A stretch of 64,000 nucleotides of DNA from Trueperaceae bacterium. Its GTDB lineage: Bacteria > Deinococcota > Deinococci > Deinococcales > Trueperaceae. The notes beneath the pieces are model-generated. The model saw only the letters and a program-made list of their open reading frames with translations. It was not told the origin of the DNA and made no database searches. The stretch spans positions 256,001 to 320,000 of the forward strand of contig OZ243956.1 in the NCBI GenBank assembly GCA_965214405.1, read 5' to 3'. This document shows, piece after piece, positions 42,307-52,479 of this stretch (position 1 is its first letter; each line of letters begins with the position of its first letter). The position numbers and the translations under genes were made by a program.

Positions 42307-43044
42307 ATGACGCTGGAAGGAAAAGTTGCGCTCGTCACGGGTGCCGCGCGCGGCATCGGGGCGAGTATCGCCGAACGGTTTGCTGAGGAAGGGGCCAGAG
42401 TCGTCGTCAACTACCGCTCGAGCAAAGAAAAGGCCGACGCGTTGGTTTCGCGCGTCGAGGAGGGCGGCGGTGAGGCTCGAGCCCTAAAGGCCGACGTGAG
42501 CAGGCTCGAGGAGGTCAAAACGCTCATCAAGCAAACGGTGGAGACGTTCGGGCGGCTCGACATGCTGGTCAACAACGCGGGCTGGGCCGAATTCAAGCCT
42601 CTCGCCGACATCACGCCGGAACACGTGCGGAAGCATCTGGACCTCAACGTGACGGGTCTCATCTTCGCCACGCAGCACGCCGCCAAGCACATGACGGCGG
42701 GCGGGCGCGTCATCAATATCAGTTCGGTTGCCGCCAAAGGCGGACCCGGCGGCGCGGTCTACGGCGCGACGAAAGCCGCCGTGAACGCGCTCACCAAAAC
42801 GTTTGCCAAGGAACTCGGCCCCAAGGGCGTCACGGTGAACGCCGTCGCGCCGGGCGCGGTAGAAACCGACCTTTATGTAGAAGTCGGGCTCGAGGGGCGC
42901 AAAGACGCCGTCATCGCCGAAACGCCGCTCGGGCGGGTTGGGCAGCCCAAGGACGTCGCAAGCGCGGTTCTTTTTTTGGCGTCGGAAGAAGGAAGTTGGA
43001 TAACGGGCGAAATCCTCCAGGTCAGCGGCGGGCGGGCGATGTAG
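42307..43044 (+). CDS. Short-chain dehydrogenase/reductase
   Basis: TGAARGIG, NNAG, YGATK. Confidence 0.93.
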   Translation: MTLEGKVALVTGAARGIGASIAERFAEEGARVVVNYRSSKEKADALVSRVEEGGGEARALKADVSRLEEVKTLIKQTVETFGRLDMLVNNAGWAEFKPLADITPEHVRKHLDLNVTGLIFATQHAAKHMTAGGRVINISSVAAKGGPGGAVYGATKAAVNALTKTFAKELGPKGVTVNAVAPGAVETDLYVEVGLEGRKDAVIAETPLGRVGQPKDVASAVLFLASEEGSWITGEILQVSGGRAM

Positions 43045-43574
43045 TGGCGCATCTCACCGGACTTCAAGGAGCCACTTTAATCGACGTCTATAAACGCTAT
43101 CCGCCTCTGGCTAAACACGTGCTCGGTTTGGCGGAAGCCGCCTTTACGCTGACGGGTGAGGTCTCGAGGGCCGAGGGAGAACTGCTGGGCGCGTTTGTGT
43201 CTCAACTCAACGGCTGCGGCTACTGCCGCGGCGTCCACGGCGAGGCGGCTGCGGCCTGTGGACTCACCCCACCGAACGCAGGCGAACCCGAGTACGGCGG
43301 CGCGCGTTGGCGACCCGTGTTCCAGTACGTCCGCACCCTCACGCTAGCGCCGAACAGCGTCACACCTGAACATGTCGCCGGACTTTTGGAGGCGGGCTGG
43401 TCGGAGGACGCGGTGGCGCAGTTTGCCCTGCTGACTTGCACCTTTAACACCCTGAACAGACTCGTGGACGGGCTCGGTCTGGAAGCCGAGGGCGACTTTT
43501 TCGCCGCCGCCGGGGCGCGGCTCGCGGAGGTGGGGTATCACGGCACGGCCAGGTTGCTCGGGGTAGCAGATTAA
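43044..43574 (+). CDS. AhpD/carboxymuconolactone decarboxylase-family peroxidase-like protein
   Basis: VSQLNGCGYCRGVH. Confidence 0.85.
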   Translation: MAHLTGLQGATLIDVYKRYPPLAKHVLGLAEAAFTLTGEVSRAEGELLGAFVSQLNGCGYCRGVHGEAAAACGLTPPNAGEPEYGGARWRPVFQYVRTLTLAPNSVTPEHVAGLLEAGWSEDAVAQFALLTCTFNTLNRLVDGLGLEAEGDFFAAAGARLAEVGYHGTARLLGVAD

Positions 43575-43575
43575 G

Positions 43576-44667
43576 GTGACGCTAACCATCAGAGACCTGC
43601 GCGCCCGGTCCGCCCGCGTCCCCCTCACCCGTCCCGTTGCCACAAAGGTCGGCGCGTTTAGCGACTGGCCCCTCGTCCTCGTTGATTTGCTGACGGAAGA
43701 GGGCGTGACGGGGCGCGGCTACCTCGCGCCTTATGTGGACCGCGCCGCCGCCACGGTGATGACGGCGCTCAAACATTTAGAAGCGGTCGTCACGGGTCAA
43801 CCCGTCGCGCCGCGCGATTTGCACGCGGCGGCGCTCGGCGCGTTCAACCTCATGGGGTATAGCGGCGCGTCTAGGATGGCAACCGCCGCGCTGGACATGG
43901 CCGCCTGGGACGCGCTCGCGCAGGCGCAGGGTGTACCGCTGGTCACGCTCCTCGGCGGTTCCGCCTCGCCCGTACGCGCTTACAACAGCAACGGCCTGGG
44001 GCTTATGCCGCCCGAAAGGGTGGCGGACGAGGCGCTCGAGCTCATCACCGAGGGAAACTTCAAAGGGCTCAAAGTTCGCGTCGGTAGAGACAGTTTCAAA
44101 GAAGACTTAAAGGCGATTGAAAATGTCCGCGCCGCCGTCGGGAATGAGATAATGCTCGTCGTGGACTTCAACCAGGGCTTGTCTCTCGCCGAGGCGATGC
44201 GGCGTTGCCACGCGCTGGACGCGCTGGGTTTGGGTTGGATAGAAGAACCCATCCGCTACGACGACCTCGTCGGCAACGCCAAACTCGCTCACGACCTCCA
44301 CACGCCCCTCATGCTGGGTGAAAACTTCTACGGGCCGCGCGACATGCTGCGCGCCCTCGCGGCGGGGGCCACCGACCTGGTGATGCCCGACCTCATGAGG
44401 ATAGGGGGCGTGACGGGCTGGTTACAGGCGGCGGGCTTGGCGAGCGCTTGGGGCGTGGACATGTCCAGCCACCTGTACCCCGAAATCTCCGCGCACCTCA
44501 TGCGGGTCACACCGACAGCCGGGTGGCTCGAGTGGCAAGACTGGGCGCATCCTGTTCTGGCAAGGCCTTTCGAGGTAAAAAACAGTCATGTCCAGATTCC
44601 CGACATTCCCGGTAACGGGCTCTCTTGGAACGAAGACGCCGTAAAACATTATCAGACGGCTCTATAA
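43576..44667 (+). CDS. Mandelate racemase/muconate lactonizing enzyme family
   Basis: KVRVG, DFNQ, WIEEP, GEN, PDLMRIGG. Confidence 0.9.
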   Translation: MTLTIRDLRARSARVPLTRPVATKVGAFSDWPLVLVDLLTEEGVTGRGYLAPYVDRAAATVMTALKHLEAVVTGQPVAPRDLHAAALGAFNLMGYSGASRMATAALDMAAWDALAQAQGVPLVTLLGGSASPVRAYNSNGLGLMPPERVADEALELITEGNFKGLKVRVGRDSFKEDLKAIENVRAAVGNEIMLVVDFNQGLSLAEAMRRCHALDALGLGWIEEPIRYDDLVGNAKLAHDLHTPLMLGENFYGPRDMLRALAAGATDLVMPDLMRIGGVTGWLQAAGLASAWGVDMSSHLYPEISAHLMRVTPTAGWLEWQDWAHPVLARPFEVKNSHVQIPDIPGNGLSWNEDAVKHYQTAL

Positions 44668-44729
44668 AGCTCTTTTACATCTGTTTACGCGTTTGTTTAC
44701 GAAAAGGTCGCGCTTTACGCTGCGGCGTC

Positions 44730-44857
44730 TACAACGGTTTGCATCATAACCGAGGGTACTCAAGCGCAGCCAGCATCTCTCAGACCACGTTCTATACGTT
44801 ATCTATACGTTAACTGACTCTCCGCATCTCCCTTGAGCCAGGGTGTTGCCCGCTATA
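44730..44857 (+). mobile_element. ~110-bp MITE-like element, copy 3 (with internal duplication)
   Basis: TACAACGGTTT...AGCGCAGCCAGCATCTCTC...CCAGGGTGTTGCCCGCTATA. Confidence 0.6.
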
Positions 44858-44979
44858 GCGTCCGCCTCTTGCGCGGTGAAGTCCCCTTCATGAAAACGCT
44901 CCCTTCCCCCAACCGAGACCTGTTAAACTAGCACCGCAATAGTTTGTAACTCAAAGATTTTGGGAAGGACTGAAAAATC

Positions 44980-45537
44980 ATGGTGAAGAAAATCACGGTG
45001 AAGCGTCACTGGAACGCAACGCGCCTCCTCGCCGCGCCCCTGCTCGCGCTCTTGCTAACCTTGTCGGCGTGCAGCGTTTACGTCACGCCCGACACCGTGA
45101 CGGTGCGGGGCGGCGCGGATTACGGTATCGAACTGGGGAACGTGATTACCGCCTTTTCGCCCGGTCGCGGCGAGGGGGCAACCTACTTTGTGGGCGAGGA
45201 CATCTCTTTTAGGGTGCGCTCGAGAGAGGCCGGTTACCTCACGCTGAGCGCGATTGACCCCGACGGTGTGGTGTACGTGTTCGCCAGAAGCGTACCCGTT
45301 GTGCCGGGCACGAACATCATCACAGGACCCAACGCGCGCACCGTTTTTTCGCTCGCGCCGCCGCGCGGCTTTCACCGCGTCCGCGCCTCTTTTACCTCGC
45401 GCCCGACCAACACCGTGCGCGTTTCCTACCGGGGCGCAGTCGGCGAAGACCTCTGGACCCGTAGCATCGTCACGGATATTGGAGACTTTCCCGTCCGCGA
45501 GCGCGACATCGTCCAAACGGATTTCGTGGTGCGTTAG
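44980..45537 (+). CDS. Lipoprotein, DUF4384-like
   Basis: LSAC lipobox; TYFVGEDISFRV..GYLTL..IDPDG. Confidence 0.75.
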   Translation: MVKKITVKRHWNATRLLAAPLLALLLTLSACSVYVTPDTVTVRGGADYGIELGNVITAFSPGRGEGATYFVGEDISFRVRSREAGYLTLSAIDPDGVVYVFARSVPVVPGTNIITGPNARTVFSLAPPRGFHRVRASFTSRPTNTVRVSYRGAVGEDLWTRSIVTDIGDFPVRERDIVQTDFVVR

Positions 45538-45873
45538 CCTCGTAAGCGCACCGCGCTAACACCGGTTCACAGAAAAACGCCTTCTGGGAAGGGCATGTTT
45601 GCGAGAACTCTACCGCCCTTCCCAGACACGCGCGCCCTTTCTCTCCCTTCCAAAGCCTGCTGCTTGAAAAACCCGGCTTACAAGAGACCGTGCTCTAAGA
45701 AGTTGGGTTACAGAAGACCTGGCCCAGAGTCCGGGAGGAAGTTCTATGGCCGCGCTTGTGGCACCGAGAAAGAGGGAGAGGGCGCGGTTGCGCAAGTTCA
45801 TGGCTTTTGAGCATACGCATCCCTTCTCTAAACATCTTATACGCGTCTTATGTTGAGGATTCGCTTCCGGCTC

Positions 45874-47199
45874 GGGTGCAACTCAGTGAATGGGGGTGAT
45901 AAAACAGGACGATGACAACAGACGCAGAGCAAAGGGTAGAAGAACTGGACGCCATCATCAAGAGCATTGTTGCGGAGATAAAGCAGGAGCTAGGGACGAA
46001 AGCGAGCATGAACGAAATAGAAGCGGCCTTGCTAAAGCGACAAAGTAGCCTGATGAGTCGCCTGATGCAGCACCTGGTTGAGAGCCAGGATTTTCCCCCC
46101 TCTGATGAACAAAAGCGAGGGTTGGCATAAAGACGGACGGGGCGAGCTTGAGGTCAAGCACTTCTGGGGGAGCGTGCGCGTACCCAGTCAAAGGTACGAA
46201 CACAAAGACGGCAGACATTGCCAAGTCGCCCTGGACCCAAACTTAGACGGCAGTGGTTGGACAGCGGGCGCATTGAACGTGATGATGCGTTTGAGTAGCG
46301 CTTTATCGTATGAAAAAGCGGTAGAAGTCAGCCGTGACTTTGAGATGTTGCCGGGCATGAGTCGCGCGGGCTTGGAGCGCTTGACCCAACCTTACGCCAG
46401 CGCTTGTCAGGCGCAAACGCGCGAGCTGCTGGACACGGCCAAAGATGCAGCGTTGCTAGCAGGACGAGGGCGGAAAGTGGTGATTGAAGTTGACGGGGTG
46501 CGGGTGCTCGAAAAAGCTCAGGACGGGGTTTGTGGCGGCATCGAGATCAAGAGCGCGGTGATCCACCCGGTGTCTGCACCTCAGCAACGCAGCCTGTTAG
46601 CCGATGTGTGTGAGGCGACAGCGTTTACCGACCAAGTAGCGGGGCTGATGCGTGAAGCAGGCCTGAGACAAGATGATGAAGTCGTCGGCCTGAGCGATGG
46701 CGCGAGTTGGATCAAAAACCTTTACGAGCATCTGGGTATCCCACACATCATCGACGTTTACCACAGCAGTGCTTACCTTGACACCCTTATGGAAGCTCTC
46801 GGCTGGGATGAGCGCGAACGTAGCCAAACAAGACGCTCTTGGCTTAGCGGCGAGATTGCTGCTGCGGATTGGTTACAAACGCATCGTCCTGACCCTGCTG
46901 TTTGGCTGAGCTGGGATGACACATCACAAACGGCTTTACGCTATCTTCAAGAACGTCAACACCATATGGATTACCCCAGTTATAAAAATTGTGGCTTACC
47001 CATTGGCTCTGGTCAAGTCGAGGGCGTCAACAAGAGCGTCATCGGCTTCCGCATGAAACAGTCGGGGATGCAGTGGTCGCGTCCTGGCGCAGGTCGCATG
47101 GCTTCTTTTAGAGCTAGGCGTTGTTCCAAGCAGCCGCTCGTCTCCCATGACACCATAAGGCACCACGCCTTTTCTTCCCCCACTACGTGAGTTGCACCC
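45874..47199 (+). mobile_element. IS element, ISKra4/ISLre2-like
   Basis: TIR GGGTGCAACTCA/TGAGTTGCACCC; 8-bp TSD TCCGGCTC (45866-45873, 47200-47207). Confidence 0.93.
45912..47190 (+). CDS. DDE transposase split over two frames (45912-46130, 46078-47190)
   Basis: EVDG, SDGASWI, DVYH, PIGSGQVEG; T4C6 at the junction. Confidence 0.85.
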
Positions 47200-47262
47200 T
47201 CCGGCTCTCGCACCTTGACCCCGCCTCCGGCACGTGCTAAAGTTTGCAACGTTATTGCGCTT

Positions 47263-47300
47263 TATGTATAAAGGTGCAAAGCCAATTTATAATTTATGAT
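47263..47300 (+). promoter_or_regulatory. Possible ARG boxes / arg promoter region
   Basis: TATGTATAAAGGTGCAAA and an adjacent AT-rich box; TTGACC-17-TAAAGT at 47215-47243; TATAAT at 47288. Confidence 0.45.
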
Positions 47301-47337
47301 GTCACATCCCTTACCCACCCGCGCCCGACGCCGCTAG
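47299..47337 (+). CDS. Candidate Arg-rich leader peptide MSHPLPTRARRR
   Basis: 4 of the last 5 codons are Arg; followed by paired segments and T7 before argG. Confidence 0.6.
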   Translation: MSHPLPTRARRR

Positions 47338-47415
47338 ACCGCTCATCCGGTAAGCGGTCGGAGGTTTATGGCAAGGCGCGGGCACGTGGGTTTTTTTGGC
47401 GTTGGAGGAGTTGAA

Positions 47416-48693
47416 ATGATGCAGAGCGCAAACGAGAAGGGTCTGAAACCCATTAAAAAAGTGGTGCTGGCTTATTCTGGTGGCCTCGACACCTCGGTCA
47501 TTTTGCACTGGATCAAGGAGCATTACGGCGCTGAGGTTATTACTTTTACCGCCGACATCGGTCAGGGCGAGGAGGTCGCCGAGGCGGAGGAAAAAGCGCT
47601 CCGCACGGGGGCGTCAAAAGCTTACGCGGTGGATTTGCAGGAGGAGTTCGTTACCAACTTCGTGTTTCCGGTGCTCCGTGCGGGGGCGGTGTACGAGAGC
47701 TACTACCTCCTCGGCACCTCGTTCGCGCGGCCCCTCATCGCCAAAAAGATGGTCGAGATTGCCCAGCAGGAGGGCGCGGACGCGGTGGCGCACGGCGCGA
47801 CGGGCAAGGGCAACGACCAGGTGAGATTTGAACTCTCGGCGTACGCGCTCGAGCCCGCCATCAAAGTCATCGCCCCCTGGCGCGAGTGGGACCTAAAGGG
47901 CCGCGAGGACTGCGTGGCCTACGCGCGCGCGCACGACATCCCGGTGGGCGTCACCAAGGAAAAGCCCTACTCGACCGACGCGAACCTCTTTCACATCTCA
48001 TATGAGGGCGGCATCTTAGAAGACCCCTGGGCCGCGCCGCCCAGGGGCATGTGGCGGCTCACGACCGACCCGCAAGACGCACCCGACGCGCCCGAGACGG
48101 TTGAGATTGAGTTTGAAGGAGGCAACCCCGTCGCCATCAACGGCGAGAGGTTGGGGCCGGTGGCGCTCTTGGAAAAAGCCAACGCTCTGGGCGGCAAACA
48201 CGGCGTGGGCCGCGTGGACATCGTCGAGAACCGTTTTGTCGGGATGAAGTCGCGCGGCTGTTATGAGACGCCCGGCGGCACGCTCCTTTACCACGCGCAC
48301 AAGGCGGTCGAATCGCTCGCGCTCGACCGGCAGGTAACAAGCCTGCGAGACGAACTCATCCCCAAATACGCGTCGATGGTCTACAACGGCTTTTGGTACG
48401 CGCCCGAACGCGTGGCGCTCCAGGGACTCATGGACAGCGTGCAAGCGCGCGTCACGGGCACCGCCAGGCTGCAACTTTATAAGGGCGGCGTGACCCTCCT
48501 CGGTCGCAAAAGCCCCCACTCGCTCTACCGTCAGGACGTGGTCACCTTTGAAGAGGACAGCGTCTACAACCAGGCCGACGCGGAAGGCTTTATCAAGCTC
48601 AACGCGCTAAGGCTGCGCACGGCGGCGCAAGCGGAAGCTGAAGAGGCAGCGAAAAATACAGAAGATAAAGAAGTGGCCCCAGTGAGCGGATGA
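47416..48693 (+). CDS. argG: Argininosuccinate synthase
   Basis: [23 protein letters not shown]. Confidence 0.97.
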   Translation: MMQSANEKGLKPIKKVVLAYSGGLDTSVILHWIKEHYGAEVITFTADIGQGEEVAEAEEKALRTGASKAYAVDLQEEFVTNFVFPVLRAGAVYESYYLLGTSFARPLIAKKMVEIAQQEGADAVAHGATGKGNDQVRFELSAYALEPAIKVIAPWREWDLKGREDCVAYARAHDIPVGVTKEKPYSTDANLFHISYEGGILEDPWAAPPRGMWRLTTDPQDAPDAPETVEIEFEGGNPVAINGERLGPVALLEKANALGGKHGVGRVDIVENRFVGMKSRGCYETPGGTLLYHAHKAVESLALDRQVTSLRDELIPKYASMVYNGFWYAPERVALQGLMDSVQARVTGTARLQLYKGGVTLLGRKSPHSLYRQDVVTFEEDSVYNQADAEGFIKLNALRLRTAAQAEAEEAAKNTEDKEVAPVSG

Positions 48694-49187
48694 CCCGCTC
48701 TTTAACACCCTCACCAACTCCTCCCTCGACACCCACCGTGTACGAAGCGGCGCGTTTGCGGAGCGCGGGGTTGGGGGACGTCGCGGCGCTCGAGGCGCTT
48801 TACCAACGAGCCTGGCCGGAGGCGGGAGAAACGCGCGAGACGGTGCAGGGCTGGCTCGAGCAGGGCGGCGCGTTGGTGCTCGAGGACGCCCAGGGCACCC
48901 TCGTTTGCGCCCTGCGCTGGCGCGAGGCGGAAAACGGCTGGCGCGTCGACCGCGTCGCCACGCTCCCGGAGGAACGCGCGCAGGGTTTTGGTCGCTGGCT
49001 CATGACCAAGCTCGAGGCCCTCGCCATCCAGCGCAATATCCCCACCCTGCACCTGCACCTTAGCGAGGCGCAAGCCGACCTGCTCCCCTACTACCGCCGC
49101 ATGGGCTACCGCACCGCAAAAAGTGAGGGGGAAAGTGACGGCATTTTAAGCAAACGGGTGGGCGGTACCTGGCAGTATCAAGGATGA
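48690..49187 (+). CDS. GNAT acetyltransferase
   Basis: RAQGFGR motif A, YYRRMGY. Confidence 0.85.
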   Translation: MTRSLTPSPTPPSTPTVYEAARLRSAGLGDVAALEALYQRAWPEAGETRETVQGWLEQGGALVLEDAQGTLVCALRWREAENGWRVDRVATLPEERAQGFGRWLMTKLEALAIQRNIPTLHLHLSEAQADLLPYYRRMGYRTAKSEGESDGILSKRVGGTWQYQG

Positions 49188-49234
49188 TCTCCTACTCTTC
49201 ACCATAGTATTACTTTTAATGATAGACTGAGCTT

Positions 49235-49510
49235 ATGAAACGTGCAACGGTGACGTTACCCGACGACCTGAGAACCCGGCTCGATATTTATCTGGCTTCG
49301 CAACCTGTGGCACCGAGCTTTAGCAAGGTGGTGCAGACGGCGTTGGAAAGATTTTTGGAAGAGCAGATGGTGCAGCAGGAACTAGAAAAACGCGGTTATG
49401 AGCCGCCCCGCTGGCCCATAACGTTTCCTGTTGACGAAAAGGGAAGCGGCAAACAAGACATAAGCATCAACCATGACCAATACCTCGCCGAAGGGACGAA
49501 ACATTCCTGA
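49235..49510 (+). CDS. RHH/CopG-type antitoxin
   Basis: MKRATVTLPDDL...SINHDQYL tail typical of PIN partners. Confidence 0.8.
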   Translation: MKRATVTLPDDLRTRLDIYLASQPVAPSFSKVVQTALERFLEEQMVQQELEKRGYEPPRWPITFPVDEKGSGKQDISINHDQYLAEGTKHS

Positions 49511-49530
49511 ACGTTACGTTTCGAAATGCA

Positions 49531-49923
49531 GTGTTTGCCGGTACCGGACCTCTTTACGCGCTGACTGACAGTTCCGACCAGTATCACGAACGCGCAGGGC
49601 GGGAGTTCCGAGGGTTGTCGAAGCAAGGACGCATCTTGGCGCTCTCCTATCCTGTTGTTTTGGAATGTTATAACCTGCTCTATCAAAATGTGCGGCTAAG
49701 CGTTGCACATGAATGGCTCGAGCTTGCCGTACAAGACTCGAAACCACTCAATCCCACCCCCAAAGATTACCGCGACGCCGCTCTTCAGGTGAGGCGCTTT
49801 ACGGACCAGCGCGTCAGCTTGGTTGATGCGGCGCTCGCCGTGCTCGCCGAGCGTTTTGAGGTTCCCGTATGGACGTTTGATTCCCGCTTTGCGGTGATGC
49901 GCGTGCCCGTTTGGCAGGCTTAG
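49531..49923 (+). CDS. PIN-domain toxin (start uncertain; first Asp replaced by Gly)
   Basis: VFAGTGPLYAL...SLVDA...WTFDSRF. Confidence 0.75.
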   Translation: MFAGTGPLYALTDSSDQYHERAGREFRGLSKQGRILALSYPVVLECYNLLYQNVRLSVAHEWLELAVQDSKPLNPTPKDYRDAALQVRRFTDQRVSLVDAALAVLAERFEVPVWTFDSRFAVMRVPVWQA

Positions 49924-49924
49924 G

Positions 49925-51313
49925 ATGACCCATAAACGCATGTGGGGTGGGCGCTTTTCGGGAGCAACCGACAAGCTAGTAGAGGAATTTAACGCGTCCG
50001 TCTCCTTTGACAAGCGTCTGGCCCTGCAAGATATCCGAGGCTCCATCGCCCACGCGACAATGCTCGCGGAGCAAGAGATTTTGGCCCAAGATGAAGCCGA
50101 CAAAATTATTGGCGGGCTTGCTGACATCCAAAGAGAGGTTGAAGCGGGGCGGTTTGAGTGGAAGAGCGAACTCGAGGACGTTCACATGAACATCGAACGC
50201 GCGCTCACCGAGCGCGTCGGCGCGGTGGGCGGTAAGCTCCACACCGCGCGGAGCCGCAACGACCAGGTGGCGACCGACTTTAGGCTCTGGCTGCGGGACG
50301 AGACGGAGGCGTTGCAGGAGCTTTTTACGCGCCTGCGCCGCGTGCTCACCGAAGAGGCTGAAAAGCATCTGGGCGTCATCATGCCGGGGTACACGCACCT
50401 GCAAGTGGCGCAGCCCGTCCTCTTGTCGCATCACCTGATGGCTTACTATGAGATGTTCAGCCGCGACGAGGAGAGGTTGCAGGATTCATTAAAACGCCTT
50501 AACGTCTCACCCCTGGGCGCGGGCGCGCTCGCCGGGACGGGTTTTCCAATCGACCGCGAGCGCACCGCCGAGCTTTTGGGCTTCGACCGTCCTGCGGCGA
50601 ATTCGCTCGACGCGGTGTCGGATAGAGACTTTGCCCTGGAATTCTTGAGCGCCGCCAGCATGGCGATGATGCACCTCTCGAGGCTCTGCGAAGAACTCAT
50701 CTTGTGGTCTTCGCAAGAGTTCGGTTTCGTGGCGCTGCCCGACTCGCACACGACGGGCTCGTCGATTATGCCGCAGAAGAAAAACCCGGACGTCTGCGAA
50801 CTCGTGCGCGGCAAGACGGGCCGCGTCTACGGGAGCTTGATGGCGCTCCTCACCATGATGAAGGGCTTGCCGCTGGCTTACAATAAAGACATGCAAGAGG
50901 ATAAAGAGGGCGTCTTCGACGCGGCGGACACGCTGCGCGCCTGTTTAACGTTAATGACCGACATGCTACCCAAGATGACCGTTCACGAAACGCGCACCCG
51001 TCACGCCGCGGGCCGCGCCTACAGCAACGCGACCGATTTAGCGGATTATCTGGCGAAAAAGGGGCTTCCCTTTCGGGAGGCGCACGAGGTGGTGGGTAGG
51101 CTCGTCGCGCTGGGGCTTAGCGAGGGAAAAGATTTGCAGGACTTGGGGCTCGAGCGGATGCAAGAAGTTTCATCCCTCATTGAAGAGGATGTGTACGCGG
51201 CGCTGAATTTGGAGGCGGTAGTGGACGCCCACACGTCGTATGGGGGCACGGCGCGTGTTCAGGTGGAAGGGCAGATAGCGAAGGCTCGAGGGGCGTTAAG
51301 AAGCGAGCGATGA
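49925..51313 (+). CDS. argH: Argininosuccinate lyase
   Basis: MWGGRF, GSSIMPQKKNPD. Confidence 0.97.
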   Translation: MTHKRMWGGRFSGATDKLVEEFNASVSFDKRLALQDIRGSIAHATMLAEQEILAQDEADKIIGGLADIQREVEAGRFEWKSELEDVHMNIERALTERVGAVGGKLHTARSRNDQVATDFRLWLRDETEALQELFTRLRRVLTEEAEKHLGVIMPGYTHLQVAQPVLLSHHLMAYYEMFSRDEERLQDSLKRLNVSPLGAGALAGTGFPIDRERTAELLGFDRPAANSLDAVSDRDFALEFLSAASMAMMHLSRLCEELILWSSQEFGFVALPDSHTTGSSIMPQKKNPDVCELVRGKTGRVYGSLMALLTMMKGLPLAYNKDMQEDKEGVFDAADTLRACLTLMTDMLPKMTVHETRTRHAAGRAYSNATDLADYLAKKGLPFREAHEVVGRLVALGLSEGKDLQDLGLERMQEVSSLIEEDVYAALNLEAVVDAHTSYGGTARVQVEGQIAKARGALRSER

Positions 51314-51870
51314 CAAAAGAGCGGCTCAGCATTCATCCTGAGCGGGGAATGCTTAACGACTTAGCGCTGCTCGCTCTCATTTTACCCGGCATCTTTCTCG
51401 CGGAGTTCGCCGTTTGGGCGGGCAAGGCCACGCCGCCCGAACGGCTGCTCATTTTTTTTGTCGACCTCTTGGCGGTAACGCTCATCATTCTGCTCGCCTT
51501 TTTTCTCAACCGCTGGCTGCGCTACCGCCTGAGCGAACGGGGGCTCGAGATTTTCGGCGTCCGCGGGTGGTTCGGCGTGCCCCCGCAGGCGGTTACAGAC
51601 GTTAGACTTGTTACCTTCTCGGCTAATCCGTGGGGCTACAAAGTTGGACTCAACGGTTTGTCGGGGATGGTGTACGGTGTGTTTGACACCGAAACTTTCG
51701 GCAGCGTGCATCTTTATGGTTACGCTTACGCAGAACGTGGGGTGCTTTTGGAACGGCCTGGCGGTAAACCCGTGTTGCTCACCCCCACCGAGCCCGAGGA
51801 ATTTGGCGCACCTTTACGCGCTTGGCTACGAGCGCGGTGCATAAAGTTTCACCCTCTGCTAAACTGCTGC
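51310..51870 (+). CDS. Membrane protein with bacterial PH-like domain, running in frame into argA
   Basis: Two TM segments, LRYRLSERGLEI...VLLTPTEPEEF; no stop before 51871. Confidence 0.55.
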
Positions 51871-52461
51871 ATGTCTCGAGCTACCCCTCAACCCACCTTA
51901 GAACCCACCCAAAACGCACCCGCCGTGACCGTCCGCCCGGCTAGAGCCGAAGACGTCCCCGAGATTTTTGAGCTCATCGGTTACTGGGCGGGTCAGGGCA
52001 AGATGTTGGTAAGGCCCATGCAAAACATTTTTGAGAACCTACGCGACTTTTTTGTGGCCGAAGTGGATGCGGGCGAGGGTCCGGTGTTCGCGGGTTCCGG
52101 TGCGCTGCATATCCTCTGGGGCGACATCGCGGAGGTGCGGGGGCTGGCGGTCAAAGAGGGCGTTCAGGCGAGCGGCGTGGGGCGCGCGCTCGTCGCGGCG
52201 TGCGAGGGGGAAGCGCGCCGCCTAGGGATTCCTACGCTTTTTGCCTGGACCTACTCGGTGGGGTTTTTTGAGAAGTGTGGCTTTACGCTCCTTGACAAGA
52301 ATAAAGACTTGCACCCTCGAGTCTGGTCCGAATGCCTGCGCTGTCCCTTTTTTGTGGGCTGCAACGAGAACGGGATGGTGAAGCGGCTCGAGGGTGTCCC
52401 CTTCCCCGCCAACTTGCCCGCACCCCCACCCGCGCAGACGCCGCCGGGCATCGGCAGGTAA
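51871..52461 (+). CDS. argA: Short GNAT N-acetylglutamate synthase-like protein
   Basis: ALHILWGDIAEVRGLAV...VWSECLRCP..GCNE; arg cluster; TGCTAAACT-N5-ATG. Confidence 0.75.
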   Translation: MSRATPQPTLEPTQNAPAVTVRPARAEDVPEIFELIGYWAGQGKMLVRPMQNIFENLRDFFVAEVDAGEGPVFAGSGALHILWGDIAEVRGLAVKEGVQASGVGRALVAACEGEARRLGIPTLFAWTYSVGFFEKCGFTLLDKNKDLHPRVWSECLRCPFFVGCNENGMVKRLEGVPFPANLPAPPPAQTPPGIGR

Positions 52462-52479
52462 AGACAGGAGCGGGTTAGG

